A stretch of DNA of 64,000 bases from Bradyrhizobiaceae bacterium (GTDB taxonomy: Bacteria; Pseudomonadota; Alphaproteobacteria; Rhizobiales; Xanthobacteraceae): the NCBI GenBank assembly GCA_020544565.1, contig CP078014.1, forward strand, positions 376,574 through 440,573, given 5' to 3'. Positions within the stretch are counted from its first letter, which is position 1, and every line of letters starts with the position of its first letter. This document shows, piece after piece, positions 26,473-37,055 of the stretch. The notes under the pieces were generated by a model. That model saw only the letters and a list, made by a program, of their open reading frames with translations, made no database searches and was not told the DNA's origin. The position numbers and the translations under genes are program-made.

Positions 26473-29049
26473 ATGACCTCCGATACCGGCAACGATCTGC
26501 GTCCTTCCCCCAACGCCGCCGCGGAACCGGCGGCGCGGCGCGGCGGCAGCATCGTGCTGGTGCTGCTGGTGGCGGCGACGATCGTCGCCGCGGCGGTGGC
26601 GTTCATGACCCTCGGCCGCAGCCAGGCCCAGCCCTATATCCTGGCGCTGCTGGCGCTGCTGGCGATGGTCGGCATGTTCACGCTGTTCGCGTTCGCCGCC
26701 GGGATCGTGCGGTTCGCCGACCGCCATGCCGAAGACCCGATCATCCGCCCGATCTCGGACCACGCCTTCGACGGGCTCGCGGTGACCGATCCGCGCGGCT
26801 ATGTGGTCTATGCCAACACCGCCTATCTGGCGCTGACCGGCGCGTCCGGCCCGGGCGACGTGCGGCCGGTGGAGCGGGTGTTCATCGGCAATCCGGACGT
26901 CTCGGAAGCGGTGTTCCGCCTGCTCAAGGCGGCGCGCGAGGGCAAGCGTCTGCAGGAGGAGGTGCGTGTCGCCGGCCCCGACAGCGCCCACGGGCGCTGG
27001 CTGCGGCTGCGGGTGCGTCCGCTCAGCGCCGAAAAGCGCCACGCGAAATATGCGGTGTGGTCGGTGGCCGACATCACCCGCGACCGCGAGCGGCAGGAGG
27101 ACGTGTTCCAGGAACTCCAGCACGCCATCGAGTATCTCGATCACGCGCCGTGCGGCTTCTTCTCGGTCAACGCCGCCGGCGAACTGGTCTATGTCAACGC
27201 GACGCTGGCCAACTGGCTGGACTACGATCTCGCCGAGATCGGCTCCGGCGGCCTGAAGGTCGCCGACATCATGTCGGGCGACGGCGCGGCGCTGTTGACC
27301 TCCATCGTGCCGGAGCCGGGCGAGGTCAAGACCGAGGTGTTCGACCTCGACCTGCGCATGCGCAACGGCAAGACCATGCCGGCGCGGCTCTATCACAAGC
27401 TCGCTTTCGGCGCGGACGGCGCCGCCGGCGCCTCGCGCACCCTAGTCATCAACCGCGCCCGCGACGACCACGCCGATCCGCAGCGCGCGGCGGAAGTGCG
27501 CTTCATGCGCTTCTTCGACCACACCCCGATGGCCATCGCCACCGTGGACAAGGCCGGCAACATCGTGCGTGCCAACGCCCGCTTCGCCAAGCTGGCGCAG
27601 AGCCTGTCCGGCGCCGGCAGCGCCAGCAAGTCGATCTTCGCCGTGGTCAGCGAGCGCGAGCGCGGCGAACTCGTCGCCGCCATCGCCCAGGCGGCCGACG
27701 GGCAGGGCGACATTCCGCCGGTCGAGGCCAAGCTCGACAGCGCCAGGGAGCGCTGGGGCCAGTTTTTCGTCACGGCCGTCGAACAGGATACGCGCGACGC
27801 CGAGGCGGCCATCGTCTACGTGCTCGACATCACCGAGAAGCGCACGCTGGAGAACAGCTTCGCCCAGTCGCAGAAGATGCAGGCTGTAGGCCAGCTCGCC
27901 GGCGGCATCGCCCACGATTTCAACAACGTGCTGTCGGCCATCATGATGGCCAACGATTTCCTGCTGAACGCCCACAAGCCGACCGACCCGTCGTTCCAGG
28001 ACATCATGCAGATCAAGCAGAACGCCACCCGCGCGGCGACGCTGGTGCGGCAGTTGCTGGCGTTCTCCCGCCGCCAGACGCTGCGGCCGCAGGTGCTGGA
28101 CCTGCGCGATGCGCTGTCCGATCTCACCATGCTGCTGAAGCGGCTGTCGGGCGAGAAGGTGAAGCTCGATTTCGTCCACGGCCGCGATCTGTGGCCGGTC
28201 AAGGTGGATGTGTCCCAGTTCGAGCAGGTGATCGTCAATCTCGCGGTCAACGCCCGCGACGCCATGCCGGACGGCGGCAAACTGACCATCCGCACCCTCA
28301 ACATGCCGGCGAAGGACGCCGAGCGCTTCGACTACAAGGGCCTGCCCGTGGCTGACTACGTCGCGGTCGAGGTCACCGATACCGGCACCGGCATTCCGCC
28401 GGAGATCGTCGACAAGATCTTCGAGCCGTTCTTTTCCACCAAGGAAGTCGGCAAGGGCACCGGCCTCGGCCTGTCCACGGTCTACGGCATCGTCAAGCAG
28501 ACCGGCGGCTTCGTCTATGTCGATTCGGCGGCGGGGCGCGGCACCACGTTCCGGATTTTCCTGCCGCGCCACATCCCCGAGATCGAGGCCGTGCCGGAGT
28601 CCGCGCCCGAAGCCCCGGCCGTGGCGGCCCCCGGCGCCGAGCCCGCGCTGAAGCCGCGCGCCACCGACCTCACCGGGCAGGGCACCATCCTGCTGGTGGA
28701 GGACGAGGACGGGCTGCGCTCGCTCAACGCGCGCGGCCTGCGTTCGCGCGGCTATACCGTGATCGAGGCCGAGAACGGCCAGGACGCGCTGGAGGCGATG
28801 GAGCGCGAGCAGGGCGCGGTCGATCTCGTGGTGTCCGACGTGGTGATGCCGGAAATGGACGGCCCCACCATGCTGATCGAGATGCGCAAGCGCAATCCGG
28901 AGATCCGCATCATCTTCGTGTCGGGCTATGCCGAGGACGCTTTCGAGAAAAGCCTGCCGGAAGGCCAGCAGTTCAATTTCCTCGCCAAGCCGTTCACGCT
29001 GAGCCAGCTTGTGGCGGCGGTGAAGGAAACCATGACGGTTTCGTCATAA
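26473..29049 (+). CDS. cckA: Cell-cycle hybrid histidine kinase CckA
   Basis: 2 TM, PAS domains, H-box [10 protein letters not shown]-box [21 protein letters not shown]-terminal receiver (DVVMPEMDG); conserved position after flhB. Confidence 0.9.
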   Translation: MTSDTGNDLRPSPNAAAEPAARRGGSIVLVLLVAATIVAAAVAFMTLGRSQAQPYILALLALLAMVGMFTLFAFAAGIVRFADRHAEDPIIRPISDHAFDGLAVTDPRGYVVYANTAYLALTGASGPGDVRPVERVFIGNPDVSEAVFRLLKAAREGKRLQEEVRVAGPDSAHGRWLRLRVRPLSAEKRHAKYAVWSVADITRDRERQEDVFQELQHAIEYLDHAPCGFFSVNAAGELVYVNATLANWLDYDLAEIGSGGLKVADIMSGDGAALLTSIVPEPGEVKTEVFDLDLRMRNGKTMPARLYHKLAFGADGAAGASRTLVINRARDDHADPQRAAEVRFMRFFDHTPMAIATVDKAGNIVRANARFAKLAQSLSGAGSASKSIFAVVSERERGELVAAIAQAADGQGDIPPVEAKLDSARERWGQFFVTAVEQDTRDAEAAIVYVLDITEKRTLENSFAQSQKMQAVGQLAGGIAHDFNNVLSAIMMANDFLLNAHKPTDPSFQDIMQIKQNATRAATLVRQLLAFSRRQTLRPQVLDLRDALSDLTMLLKRLSGEKVKLDFVHGRDLWPVKVDVSQFEQVIVNLAVNARDAMPDGGKLTIRTLNMPAKDAERFDYKGLPVADYVAVEVTDTGTGIPPEIVDKIFEPFFSTKEVGKGTGLGLSTVYGIVKQTGGFVYVDSAAGRGTTFRIFLPRHIPEIEAVPESAPEAPAVAAPGAEPALKPRATDLTGQGTILLVEDEDGLRSLNARGLRSRGYTVIEAENGQDALEAMEREQGAVDLVVSDVVMPEMDGPTMLIEMRKRNPEIRIIFVSGYAEDAFEKSLPEGQQFNFLAKPFTLSQLVAAVKETMTVSS

Positions 29050-29219
29050 TTCTCCTCGCCCGGTTCCCGCCGCCTCGTGCGTCCGCCGCGTGACCCGCGA
29101 CGCAGAGACGCAGCGCCTGCGACTTCTGTGCGCTTTTCTTTTTACCCGCCGTGCCCATGTATGGACCTGTCCCGAAAACGGGATCAATGCCCCCCCCCGA
29201 GGGCCGAGAGGGAACACAG

Positions 29220-30191
29220 ATGAAGTCTTCGCAGCGCTTGCGCTCAGTCATCAAGACGCTGGCCGTGGTCATGGCGCTGGCCATGCCGCTGGCGCTTGCC
29301 GTGTCGTCGTCGGTCGATGCGCGCCCCGGAGGCGGCGGCGGTTTCGGCTCGCGCGGCTCGCGGACGTTTACGGCGCCGCCGACCACCCGCACCGCGCCGA
29401 ACACGGCGCAGCCGATGCAGCGGTCCATCACCCAGCCCGGCGTCAACGCCCCGGCCTCGGCCGCCGCCAAGGGCGGCATGTTCAGCCGGCCCGGCCTGCT
29501 CGGCGGTCTGGCCGCCGGCTTCCTCGGTGCCGGCCTGTTCGGCCTGCTGTTCGGCGGCGGCCTGTTCGGCGGTCTCGGCGGGCTGTCGTCGATTATCGGC
29601 CTCGTGCTGCAGATCGGCCTGATCTATCTGGTAGCGCGCCTCGCCATGTCGTGGTGGCAGCGCCGCAACGCGCCCGCGTTCGCCAGCGCCGCGCCCGCGC
29701 CGGGTGCGACTCCGCAGCAGCCGCAGCAGCAGGGCCCGCTCGCCCATGCGCGCAGCGGTTTCGGCTTCAACTCCGGCTCCGGCAGCGCGCCGCTCGAGAT
29801 CAAGCCCGACGATTACGACGCCTTCGAGCGGATGCTCGGCGAGGTGCAGACGGCCTGGTCGAACGAGGACATCGCCAAGCTGCACACGCTGGCGACGCCG
29901 GAAATGGTGTCGTATTTCACCCAGGACCTCGACGCCAACAAGGCGCGCGGCGTGATCAACAAGGTGACCGACGTCAAGCTGCTGCAGGGCGATCTCGCCG
30001 AAGCCTGGCGCGAAGGCACCACCGACTACGCCACGGTGGCGCTGCGCTATGCGCTGGTGGACAAGACCGTCGAGCGCGACAGCGGCAAGATCGTCGAGGG
30101 CAGCGACGCACCCACCGAAGTCACCGACGTGTGGACCTTCGTGCGCCGGCCCGGCAGCGGCTGGGAACTGTCGGCGATCCAGGTGACCTGA
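29220..30191 (+). CDS. Tim44-like domain protein
   Basis: Signal-like N-terminus, GGGGGFGSRGSRT, Gly-rich TM, C-terminal Tim44 fold (DVKLLQGDLAEAW...VWTFVR). Confidence 0.85.
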   Translation: MKSSQRLRSVIKTLAVVMALAMPLALAVSSSVDARPGGGGGFGSRGSRTFTAPPTTRTAPNTAQPMQRSITQPGVNAPASAAAKGGMFSRPGLLGGLAAGFLGAGLFGLLFGGGLFGGLGGLSSIIGLVLQIGLIYLVARLAMSWWQRRNAPAFASAAPAPGATPQQPQQQGPLAHARSGFGFNSGSGSAPLEIKPDDYDAFERMLGEVQTAWSNEDIAKLHTLATPEMVSYFTQDLDANKARGVINKVTDVKLLQGDLAEAWREGTTDYATVALRYALVDKTVERDSGKIVEGSDAPTEVTDVWTFVRRPGSGWELSAIQVT

Positions 30192-30232
30192 CCGCTCACC
30201 TGACCGCGTTCGCACCGGTCGCAAAACAAACG

Positions 30233-30262
30233 AAGGCGTCGCGCCAGCGCGACGCCTTTTTT
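30233..30262 (+). terminator. Intrinsic terminator
   Basis: aaggcgtcgcg-ccag-cgcgacgcctt-tttt. Confidence 0.8.
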
Positions 30263-30319
30263 ATGAGCCGTTCAGGCCCGGCACCTGTTTGTTTCGCGTG
30301 AGGCGTGACGCTTGAACTT

Positions 30320-31897
30320 TCACGGGACGTGAAAGACCTCGAGTTGCGGCAAGCCGATCGGCCTCACTCCTATGTCCTTGGCCAGCAGGCCGAAGGCTTC
30401 GGTTTCAATCAAATCCTTGTAGGGCACTTCCGGAAAGCGGAGGCCCGCGCGATGCAGGCTTGCGTCGACGAGAAGCGTCGTTCCTCCTACGGCATCGAGC
30501 TCGACGCGGTCGGTGTGGCGAAGCTGATCCAGATGAAATCGCCCGCGCGCCCTGGCGGGAGGTTGAAACAGGCCGTCTTTGACGTGCTTGTAGTAAAAAT
30601 CCGGTTCGTACTCCCAGCTCGTGACAAATGTATTGAGGTCAAAGCTGGGACCACCGGAAAATTTCACGCAATTGGGCGTAACGATCCGACCGCCCGACTG
30701 CCTGAGCTCCTGAAAGAGATCCGGCGGAAACTTCCACATATCGACGTCGATCCACAACGCCCAATCGTCGGCGTCATCCAGGCCGTGATCAATCAGATGG
30801 TTTCGCACAATGGCAATGCCGGCCCGGCGCGCTCTCTGCAGTTCCTTGCTCCAGCGTCGATCCCGACTCACCCGCGTGCCGACATCTTTCTTCAGGACGA
30901 CGACCTCCCGGTAGTGTTCACGAAGGTCTTCCGCTCGCTTGTTGAGCAAGTCCCAGGTTCCGTCGGTGCTGTCGCCTTCGCAGAAAGCGATCTTTGTCTT
31001 CGACTTGTCCAGGTCGGTTTTTGCAATGGCATCGATGAAACCGTCGATGTCTCCGATGGCGTCGCGTACCGGAACGAGCACGGCGACCCGGTCTCCGGCG
31101 GGTGGGGGCCGGTCGATGACGCTGGCGTCAAATTGTTTCAAGGCCTTTTCCAGACTGAGGGTTCTGCCCGCATGCCAACGATGAATCGCCCGCCGGACAT
31201 TCGTCTTGACGCTGCGGTGAAACGACTTCATCGGCTGATGGGGTGTCCACCACGAGCATTGCCAGTCATGGCGGGTCAGGGGTTCGGGTGTCTCCGATCC
31301 ATAGGCCGGGTATTGGCGATGCTGGGAATCCGTGGGCGTGAAAAGCTGGCAATTGTGAAGCGCGATCGAGGCCTTGTCCTCGAAGCCCAGATAGAGCCCG
31401 GTCAAAAAGCATGGTCCCGTTTGGTCCAGTACGTCCTCTCCATACCTGCCGAGCGGCAGCCGTTCCAGCAGGCGGGTCCAGAGCGGATGACCGGCCGGGC
31501 CAGCCATCACCCCGTTGAAGATGACGAAAGGATGGGATCGGTAGGGAGCATGCATTGGCCAATGCGATGGCGGCTCGTGGCATAGAACGGCGCGCGTTTC
31601 GTTCGCGATCGGATCGAGCGGCGCGAGACACTCCACGTCGATATCCGCATAGAAACCACCGAATTTGTGCAGCAGCATGTAGCGTGCGGCGTCTGCGCGG
31701 GAGACGGCATTGCCATAGGAGCAATAGAGATCGAAAAGATGCGGGTAATGCTCGCTGACAAATGTCAGCAGCATCCGGTCGGTCCAGAGAATTCTCTCCC
31801 ATGACGGGTTATGACGCTGCCAACTGTCTGCAAAGGCGGCGACCCTGGGAGGGAGCAGCTCGCTTTTCCAGGTCTGGTGAATGAGGCGAGGGATCAT
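30320..31897 (-). CDS. Two-domain glycosyltransferase: GT32 (Sur1/Och1-like, DXD) fused to GT62 (Anp1/Mnn9/Van1-like)
   Basis: N-half IPRLIHQTWK...RADAARY.LL...GGFYADID; C-half RNHLI...WALWIDVD...VTPNC...FDLN...LDAVGGTTLLVDASLHRAG...LIETEAFG. Confidence 0.8.
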   Translation of the reverse strand: MIPRLIHQTWKSELLPPRVAAFADSWQRHNPSWERILWTDRMLLTFVSEHYPHLFDLYCSYGNAVSRADAARYMLLHKFGGFYADIDVECLAPLDPIANETRAVLCHEPPSHWPMHAPYRSHPFVIFNGVMAGPAGHPLWTRLLERLPLGRYGEDVLDQTGPCFLTGLYLGFEDKASIALHNCQLFTPTDSQHRQYPAYGSETPEPLTRHDWQCSWWTPHQPMKSFHRSVKTNVRRAIHRWHAGRTLSLEKALKQFDASVIDRPPPAGDRVAVLVPVRDAIGDIDGFIDAIAKTDLDKSKTKIAFCEGDSTDGTWDLLNKRAEDLREHYREVVVLKKDVGTRVSRDRRWSKELQRARRAGIAIVRNHLIDHGLDDADDWALWIDVDMWKFPPDLFQELRQSGGRIVTPNCVKFSGGPSFDLNTFVTSWEYEPDFYYKHVKDGLFQPPARARGRFHLDQLRHTDRVELDAVGGTTLLVDASLHRAGLRFPEVPYKDLIETEAFGLLAKDIGVRPIGLPQLEVFHVP

Positions 31898-31920
31898 GTG
31901 GCGGAAATTCGGATAGGCTT

Positions 31921-33099
31921 TCAGAAGACGTGGCGGTGGGACAAGGCCTGGCGCACGGCGTTATCGATGACCGCGGGCCCGAAGCGGCGATGGACGGCCT
32001 CAAAAGCCCTGCGGCGTTGCATGTCATATCTTTCCGGATCGGATGACAAGGCGCATATATCGCGGGCGATCTCCCCGTCGGTATCGGCGATGAGGATTTC
32101 TTCCCCATTGGCGAAGTTATGGCCTTCGGCAGCTACCGTTGTCGCTATCACCGGCAGTCCGAATGTCATGGCTTCGAGAATTTTTATCCGCGTTCCGCCA
32201 CCGCTTGAGAGCGGAACCACGCTGAGATTTGCTTGGGCGTAGAGAGGAGCGATGTCGTCCGGATTGGCGATCAGCTCGACGTCACATTCGCGCGCCAATT
32301 GGCTGATGGGCGCATCGGGAAGCCGGCCGGCAACGGTCAGTCTGGCATCCGGAAACTGCATTTTCACACGCGGCAATATTTCTCGCGCGAGACGCCGGAC
32401 GGCCTCCTTGTTCGGCGAGTAGCCGAGATGTCCAACAAACAGGATTCTCGGCGGCCCGATCGGTCCTCGCGAAATCAGCGCCGGTTCAACGCAACAATCC
32501 GGGCGTGGGAGACCGTTGGGAACGATGTACGTGGGCGTCTGCGCATCGACCAGATTGCGGACACGCTCATGGTCGTCGGAGGAGCACACCCAGATCTGGT
32601 CCACCATCCTTGCGGCTTTTCGCTCGCGGCGGCGCAGACGCCAAGTGTTCGACAGGAAGATGTGCCGGAACGAAGGGCCTGAGGCGATGTCTTTAACCAG
32701 GTCGGACTCGACGTTGTGCATGTCGAGGATGAGCGTTCTGGCCGATGATCGCAAATGCTTCATGAGGGGGAAGAGCGAAATGCCCTCGACGACGACAATA
32801 TCCGGCTGTTGTCGCTCAACGAGAAGCTTCAACTTGATGAGAGCCGATTTCGGAATGCGAACGTCGATGGGCGTGGTGCGCCGTGCGATCGCCGGGGTTC
32901 TTGCTTCCCCGTTCTCGGTCAGCGCGACCAGTTCAACATTCGGGTGGCCGGCCATTGCTGCCCCTAAATGCAGCGGACGCAAGGATGCCGCCGTGACCCG
33001 GCCGAGCTTCGAGAGTGCGAGCACGTTCTGCCAGTTACGAAGGTCCGCCCCGGCAATCGGCGGCGCGGCGGGATCCACGGAAATTGCGAGGATTTTCAT
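31921..33099 (-). CDS. Glycosyltransferase family 4 (GT-B)
   Basis: ILFVGHLGYSPNKEA; VPLSSGGGTRIKILEAMTFGLPVIAT (EX7E-type region). Confidence 0.85.
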   Translation of the reverse strand: MKILAISVDPAAPPIAGADLRNWQNVLALSKLGRVTAASLRPLHLGAAMAGHPNVELVALTENGEARTPAIARRTTPIDVRIPKSALIKLKLLVERQQPDIVVVEGISLFPLMKHLRSSARTLILDMHNVESDLVKDIASGPSFRHIFLSNTWRLRRRERKAARMVDQIWVCSSDDHERVRNLVDAQTPTYIVPNGLPRPDCCVEPALISRGPIGPPRILFVGHLGYSPNKEAVRRLAREILPRVKMQFPDARLTVAGRLPDAPISQLARECDVELIANPDDIAPLYAQANLSVVPLSSGGGTRIKILEAMTFGLPVIATTVAAEGHNFANGEEILIADTDGEIARDICALSSDPERYDMQRRRAFEAVHRRFGPAVIDNAVRQALSHRHVF

Positions 33100-33405
33100 G
33101 GGCCTATGGCCTATGGCCTTTTAAAGATAAGATCAAAAAATTGAGTGGCGCTCCAATACAGGAAAAGCTTCCTTTCCTGGAAGAGTATTTCGCCGGCACG
33201 GTCTGGAATGGCCCTAATGATCCGGGCCCGGGCTCCCAGCCTCCCAGCCTCTGCCCCGGCGTGCGGCGGGAGCGGGCGGCGAAGGTGGAGTTCGAGCCTC
33301 GCGGGCGTGTGCGGACAAGGGTTCCGAATCACCCCGGTTGCCGCAATGATGGCGCATTCGCCCTGTCTGGTCGTTCAATACCGGAACCGCGAAGGAGGAG
33401 GACCG

Positions 33406-33753
33406 ATGCGCATCGTCGCCCCCGCCATTTATGCTGCTCTGCTGGGCGGCGCGATCTATATCGCTATCGCGCAGAACCCGCTGCCGAACGCCATCGCGTC
33501 GGTGCAGCCCGAGGGCGCGCGGGTCGCTGCTCCGGCGACGGCGCACGGAAAGACCTCCGTGCCGGCAAAGGTCGGCAAGCGCGAGAACTGCCGCCAGTCG
33601 GTCGGCGCGAAACATCTCGGCAAGCATCAGGCGCGCGACCAGATGCAGCTCTGCGTGGCGCAGGCGCGCGTCGATTGCCTCAAGCAGGCTATCGACCAGA
33701 AGCTGCGCGGCGCGGCCCGGCGCGTCTATGTCAAAAGCTGCGTCGCGGCGTAG
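33406..33753 (+). CDS. Small exported Cys-paired protein, PsiF-like
   Basis: GGAGGAGG RBS; N-terminal hydrophobic segment; CLKQAIDQKLRGAARRVYVKSC resembles the PsiF repeat. Confidence 0.6.
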   Translation: MRIVAPAIYAALLGGAIYIAIAQNPLPNAIASVQPEGARVAAPATAHGKTSVPAKVGKRENCRQSVGAKHLGKHQARDQMQLCVAQARVDCLKQAIDQKLRGAARRVYVKSCVAA

Positions 33754-33821
33754 CGCCGTGCATCATGAAAGCCGCGATGCTGGCTATGGTCGCGCGTGTC
33801 CGCGTCGGACCGGAGCCTCGC

Positions 33822-34298
33822 TCACACGCCCTTTTCGCGGGAGATCGTGATCCGCACGCCGGTCTTGGCCACGGTGCAGTGGATGTCGAGGCGGCGGTAG
33901 CGTGAATCGATATTGTAGCCGCGGATGATGTTGGTGCGGCCGACGCAGCGTTGCGCGCCTTTTAGCGTGTCGGCTTTCGGGATGGTGAAGACGATCGCCG
34001 CGGCGGTGGCGAGAAAGTCGTAGAACTCCGGCGCGGGCTTCTTCTTGTCGGTGGCGGCGAACACCTCGTTGGTGCGGTTGCGGCTCTGGCAGCCGAGCGA
34101 CGCCTGGGTCACCGCCGGGTGTTCGAGATAGATCACGCCGGCGACGGTCTTGCCGACTTTCAGGCCGGAAATCTGCTGGGCCAGATCCCTCGCCATGTCG
34201 TCGCAGCGGTCGGCGCGGGCCGTCGCCGACCCCAGCGTGAGCAGGGCCAGCGCGAGCGCCATGGCCGGAAATGCGGAAAGTGCGATGCGTTCGATCAT
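33822..34298 (-). CDS. Exported hypothetical protein with 4 Cys
   Basis: Sec signal ending ARA-D; good codon usage. Confidence 0.7.
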   Translation of the reverse strand: MIERIALSAFPAMALALALLTLGSATARADRCDDMARDLAQQISGLKVGKTVAGVIYLEHPAVTQASLGCQSRNRTNEVFAATDKKKPAPEFYDFLATAAAIVFTIPKADTLKGAQRCVGRTNIIRGYNIDSRYRRLDIHCTVAKTGVRITISREKGV

Positions 34299-34536
34299 GG
34301 CGTTCCTTTACGCCATTCAAGCGCGCGAGGCTCGTTTGTGCAAGGTCGGGGCGTGTCAGGGGTGAAGGCGGATTTTTCTTCCGGCCGTCCCCGCACAGTT
34401 GGGGACGAGATCGGGGACGACGCGCCCGTTCGTCCCTCCTGGCCGGCAGCCGACACAGCGGCGCAACCGCGCGATGCACGTCCGGCGCGGGCTGTACTGT
34501 ACGACCTCCGGCCATCTTCCCTTTGCCGGAAAAGCG

Positions 34537-34553
34537 ATTAGAACGGTTCGAAT
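34537..34553. promoter_or_regulatory. Iron control element (Irr box) upstream of fumarase
   Basis: ATTAGAACGGTTCGAAT vs consensus TTTRGAAYNRTTCYAAA; downstream gene is an Fe-S enzyme. Confidence 0.6.
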
Positions 34554-34620
34554 CTGAGATCGGGCAGGCGCGGTTATTGAATTTCCTGCGCTTTTTGCCT
34601 TCCAACCCGTGAGTCCGTCC

Positions 34621-36273
34621 ATGAACGCTCCGACCGCCATTCCCTCCGCCAAGCCCGTTCCGCCCTACAGGCACACCCCGCTGTTTCCGCTCGGCGCGGA
34701 CAGGACGCCGTATCGCAAGATTTCAAGCGACGGCGTGCGGGTCGAGACGGTGCTCGGCAAGGAGATGCTGGTGGTGTCGCGCGAGGCGTTGCGGGCGCTG
34801 TCGGAAGCCGCGTTCGGCGACATCAACCACTATCTGCGCCCGGGGCATCTGGCGCAGTTGCGCAAGATCCTCGACGATCCGGAAGCCAGCGACAACGACA
34901 AGTTCGTGGCGCTCGACGCGCTGAAGAACGCCAACATCGCCGCCGGCGGCGTACTGCCGATGTGCCAGGACACCGGCACCGCGATCATCATGGGCAAGAA
35001 GGGCTGCAACGTCATCACCGACGGCGAGGACGAGGCCGCGCTGTCGGAAGGCGCGCGCGACGCCTATCTGCGCCGCAACCTGCGCTATTCACAGGTCGCG
35101 CCGTTGTCGATGTTCGAAGAGAAGAACACCGCCAACAACATGCCGGCGCAGTGCGAGATCTACGCGGAGGGCGACGACGCCTACAAGTTCATGTTCATGG
35201 CCAAGGGCGGCGGCTCGGCCAACAAGAGCTTCCTGTTTCAGGGCACGCCGTCGCTGCTGACCAAGGACCGCCTGCATGCCTTCATCAAGGAGAAGGTGCT
35301 GACCCTCGGCACCGCCGCGTGTCCGCCCTATCACCTCGCCATCGTCATCGGCGGCACCTCGGCCGAGCTGTGCATGAAGACGGTGAAGCTCGCCTCCGCC
35401 CGCTATCTCGACGAACTGCCGACCCACGGCTCGGACGCGGGCAACGCTTTCCGCGATCTCGAGATGGAGCAGGACATCCTGAAGATGACGCAGTCGCTCG
35501 GCGTGGGCGCGCAGTTCGGCGGCAAGTATTTCTGCCACGACGTGCGGGTGATCCGCCTGCCGCGCCACGGCGCGTCGCTGCCGATCGGGCTCGGCGTGTC
35601 GTGCTCGGCCGACCGTCAGGTGCTCGGCAAGATCACCAAGGACGGCGTCTATCTGGAGGAGCTGGAGCACAACCCGGCGAAGTACCTGCCGGAAGTGGAA
35701 GCCGCGCTCGGCGGCGAGGTGGTGGAGATCGACCTCAACCGGCCGATGAAGGACATCCTCGCCGCGCTGACGAAATATCCGACCAAGACGCGGCTGTCGC
35801 TGACCGGCACCATGATCGTGGCGCGCGACGCCGCCCACGCCAAGCTGCGCGAGCGGCTCGAGAAGGGCGAGCCGCTGCCGGACTACTTCAAGAACCATCC
35901 GGTCTATTACGCCGGCCCGGCCAAGACGCCTGAGGGCTACGCCTCCGGCGCGTTCGGTCCGACCACGGCGGGGCGCATGGATTCGTTCGTCGACCAGTTC
36001 CAGGCGGCGGGCGGTTCGATGGTGATGGTGGCCAAGGGCAACCGCTCGGCGGCGGTGCGCGATGCCTGCAAAAAGTATGGCGGGTTCTATCTCGGCTCGA
36101 TCGGCGGATCGGCGGCGAACCTTGCCGAGCACTGCATCCGCAAGGTCGAGGTGCTGGAATATCCCGAACTCGGTATGGAGGCGATCTGGCGCATCGAGGT
36201 CGAGAACTTCCCCGCCTTCATCATCATGGACGACAAGGGCAACGACTTCTTCAAGGAGTTGAATCTGGGGTGA
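34621..36273 (+). CDS. fumA: Class I (Fe-S) fumarate hydratase
   Basis: PMCQDTG; AKGGGSANK; ACPPYH; GGKYFCHD; YYAGPAKTP; GPTTAGRMD. Confidence 0.95.
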   Translation: MNAPTAIPSAKPVPPYRHTPLFPLGADRTPYRKISSDGVRVETVLGKEMLVVSREALRALSEAAFGDINHYLRPGHLAQLRKILDDPEASDNDKFVALDALKNANIAAGGVLPMCQDTGTAIIMGKKGCNVITDGEDEAALSEGARDAYLRRNLRYSQVAPLSMFEEKNTANNMPAQCEIYAEGDDAYKFMFMAKGGGSANKSFLFQGTPSLLTKDRLHAFIKEKVLTLGTAACPPYHLAIVIGGTSAELCMKTVKLASARYLDELPTHGSDAGNAFRDLEMEQDILKMTQSLGVGAQFGGKYFCHDVRVIRLPRHGASLPIGLGVSCSADRQVLGKITKDGVYLEELEHNPAKYLPEVEAALGGEVVEIDLNRPMKDILAALTKYPTKTRLSLTGTMIVARDAAHAKLRERLEKGEPLPDYFKNHPVYYAGPAKTPEGYASGAFGPTTAGRMDSFVDQFQAAGGSMVMVAKGNRSAAVRDACKKYGGFYLGSIGGSAANLAEHCIRKVEVLEYPELGMEAIWRIEVENFPAFIIMDDKGNDFFKELNLG

Positions 36274-36323
36274 GAGCGCACGCGTCGCCCAAGCTTGGGC
36301 GATGGCGATTCAAACTACTCCAT

Positions 36324-36453
36324 CGTCATGGCCGGGCCATAGCCCGTCGAAGACGGGCGTAAACGCCCTCATGGCCCGTCGAAGACGGGCGTAAACGCCC
36401 TTATGGCCCGTCGAAGAACGGCGTCGCTTTCGCTCGCCTATGACCCGGCCATC
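36324..36453. repeat. REP-like hairpin whose loop carries tandem 32-bp palindromic modules
   Basis: cgtcatggccggg-[gcccgtcgaagacgggcgtaaacgccctYatg x2 at 36342 and 36374, variant at 36406]-cccggccatc. Confidence 0.8.
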
Positions 36454-36461
36454 AATTCTTT

Positions 36462-36537
36462 CGTCATTGCGAGCGAAGCGAAGCAATCCAGTTTTTGTAA
36501 AATGGATTGCTTCGTTGCTTTGCTCCTCGCAATGACG
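36462..36537. repeat. Second CGTC-tagged palindromic repeat family
   Basis: cgtcattgcgagcgaagcgaagcaatcca...tggattgcttcg...ctcgcaatgacg. Confidence 0.8.
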
Positions 36538-36647
36538 ATGTGAATGATCGGGCCTCCGCCACGCCGAAGGGACTTCGGACGCGCAGGACAAGCCCGGTGA
36601 TGACGTCCGCGTAGGCTGCGCGTTCAGCGCTTAAATGCGCCGCGGGC

Positions 36648-36944
36648 TTACGCCCGCGATCCCTTGAACGGGAACGAGCCCATCGGGCCGATGCTGACGT
36701 CGCCGGCGATGGAATCGCCATCGACCTTGCCGGTGAAGGCCAGCGTCAGCGGCATCGGATTGGTGATCGAGGCTTTCCACGACAGGTCGTTGCCGTTCAC
36801 CGTGCCATCGACGATGTCGGCTTCGTCGCCGTCGGCCGCCTGCTTACCGGTCAGCGTCGTGCCGTCGGCCTTCAGGCTCAGGGTGGCGTCGCGGTCGCCA
36901 AGCGGCGTGCTCAGGGTGATCTTCCAGTTTCCATCGACGGCCAA
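36648..36944 (-). CDS. Small beta-barrel-like hypothetical protein
   Basis: TTG start after AGGAGGA; VDGNWKITLSTPLG...; alternating beta pattern. Confidence 0.75.
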   Translation of the reverse strand: MAVDGNWKITLSTPLGDRDATLSLKADGTTLTGKQAADGDEADIVDGTVNGNDLSWKASITNPMPLTLAFTGKVDGDSIAGDVSIGPMGSFPFKGSRA

Positions 36945-37055
36945 GGGGTCCTCCTGTGTGAATGTCCGCGGGATCGGGACAGGCTCGCGCCGATATAGCG
37001 CATTTTCCCGCGGCAGCGGTGAACTTTCCGGTGCTGCGAACGCCTCGCGCTTATG

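Noticed and set aside
30305-31585. 426-aa ORF antisense to the GT32-GT62 gene in an AT-richer region
   Set aside because: Overlapping in codon register with the real gene and shows no family motif; length notable but no positive evidence of coding
36342-36440. 32-bp periodic repeats resembling a mini-CRISPR
   Set aside because: Units are directly adjacent with no unique spacers, no leader and no cas genes; they sit in a REP loop
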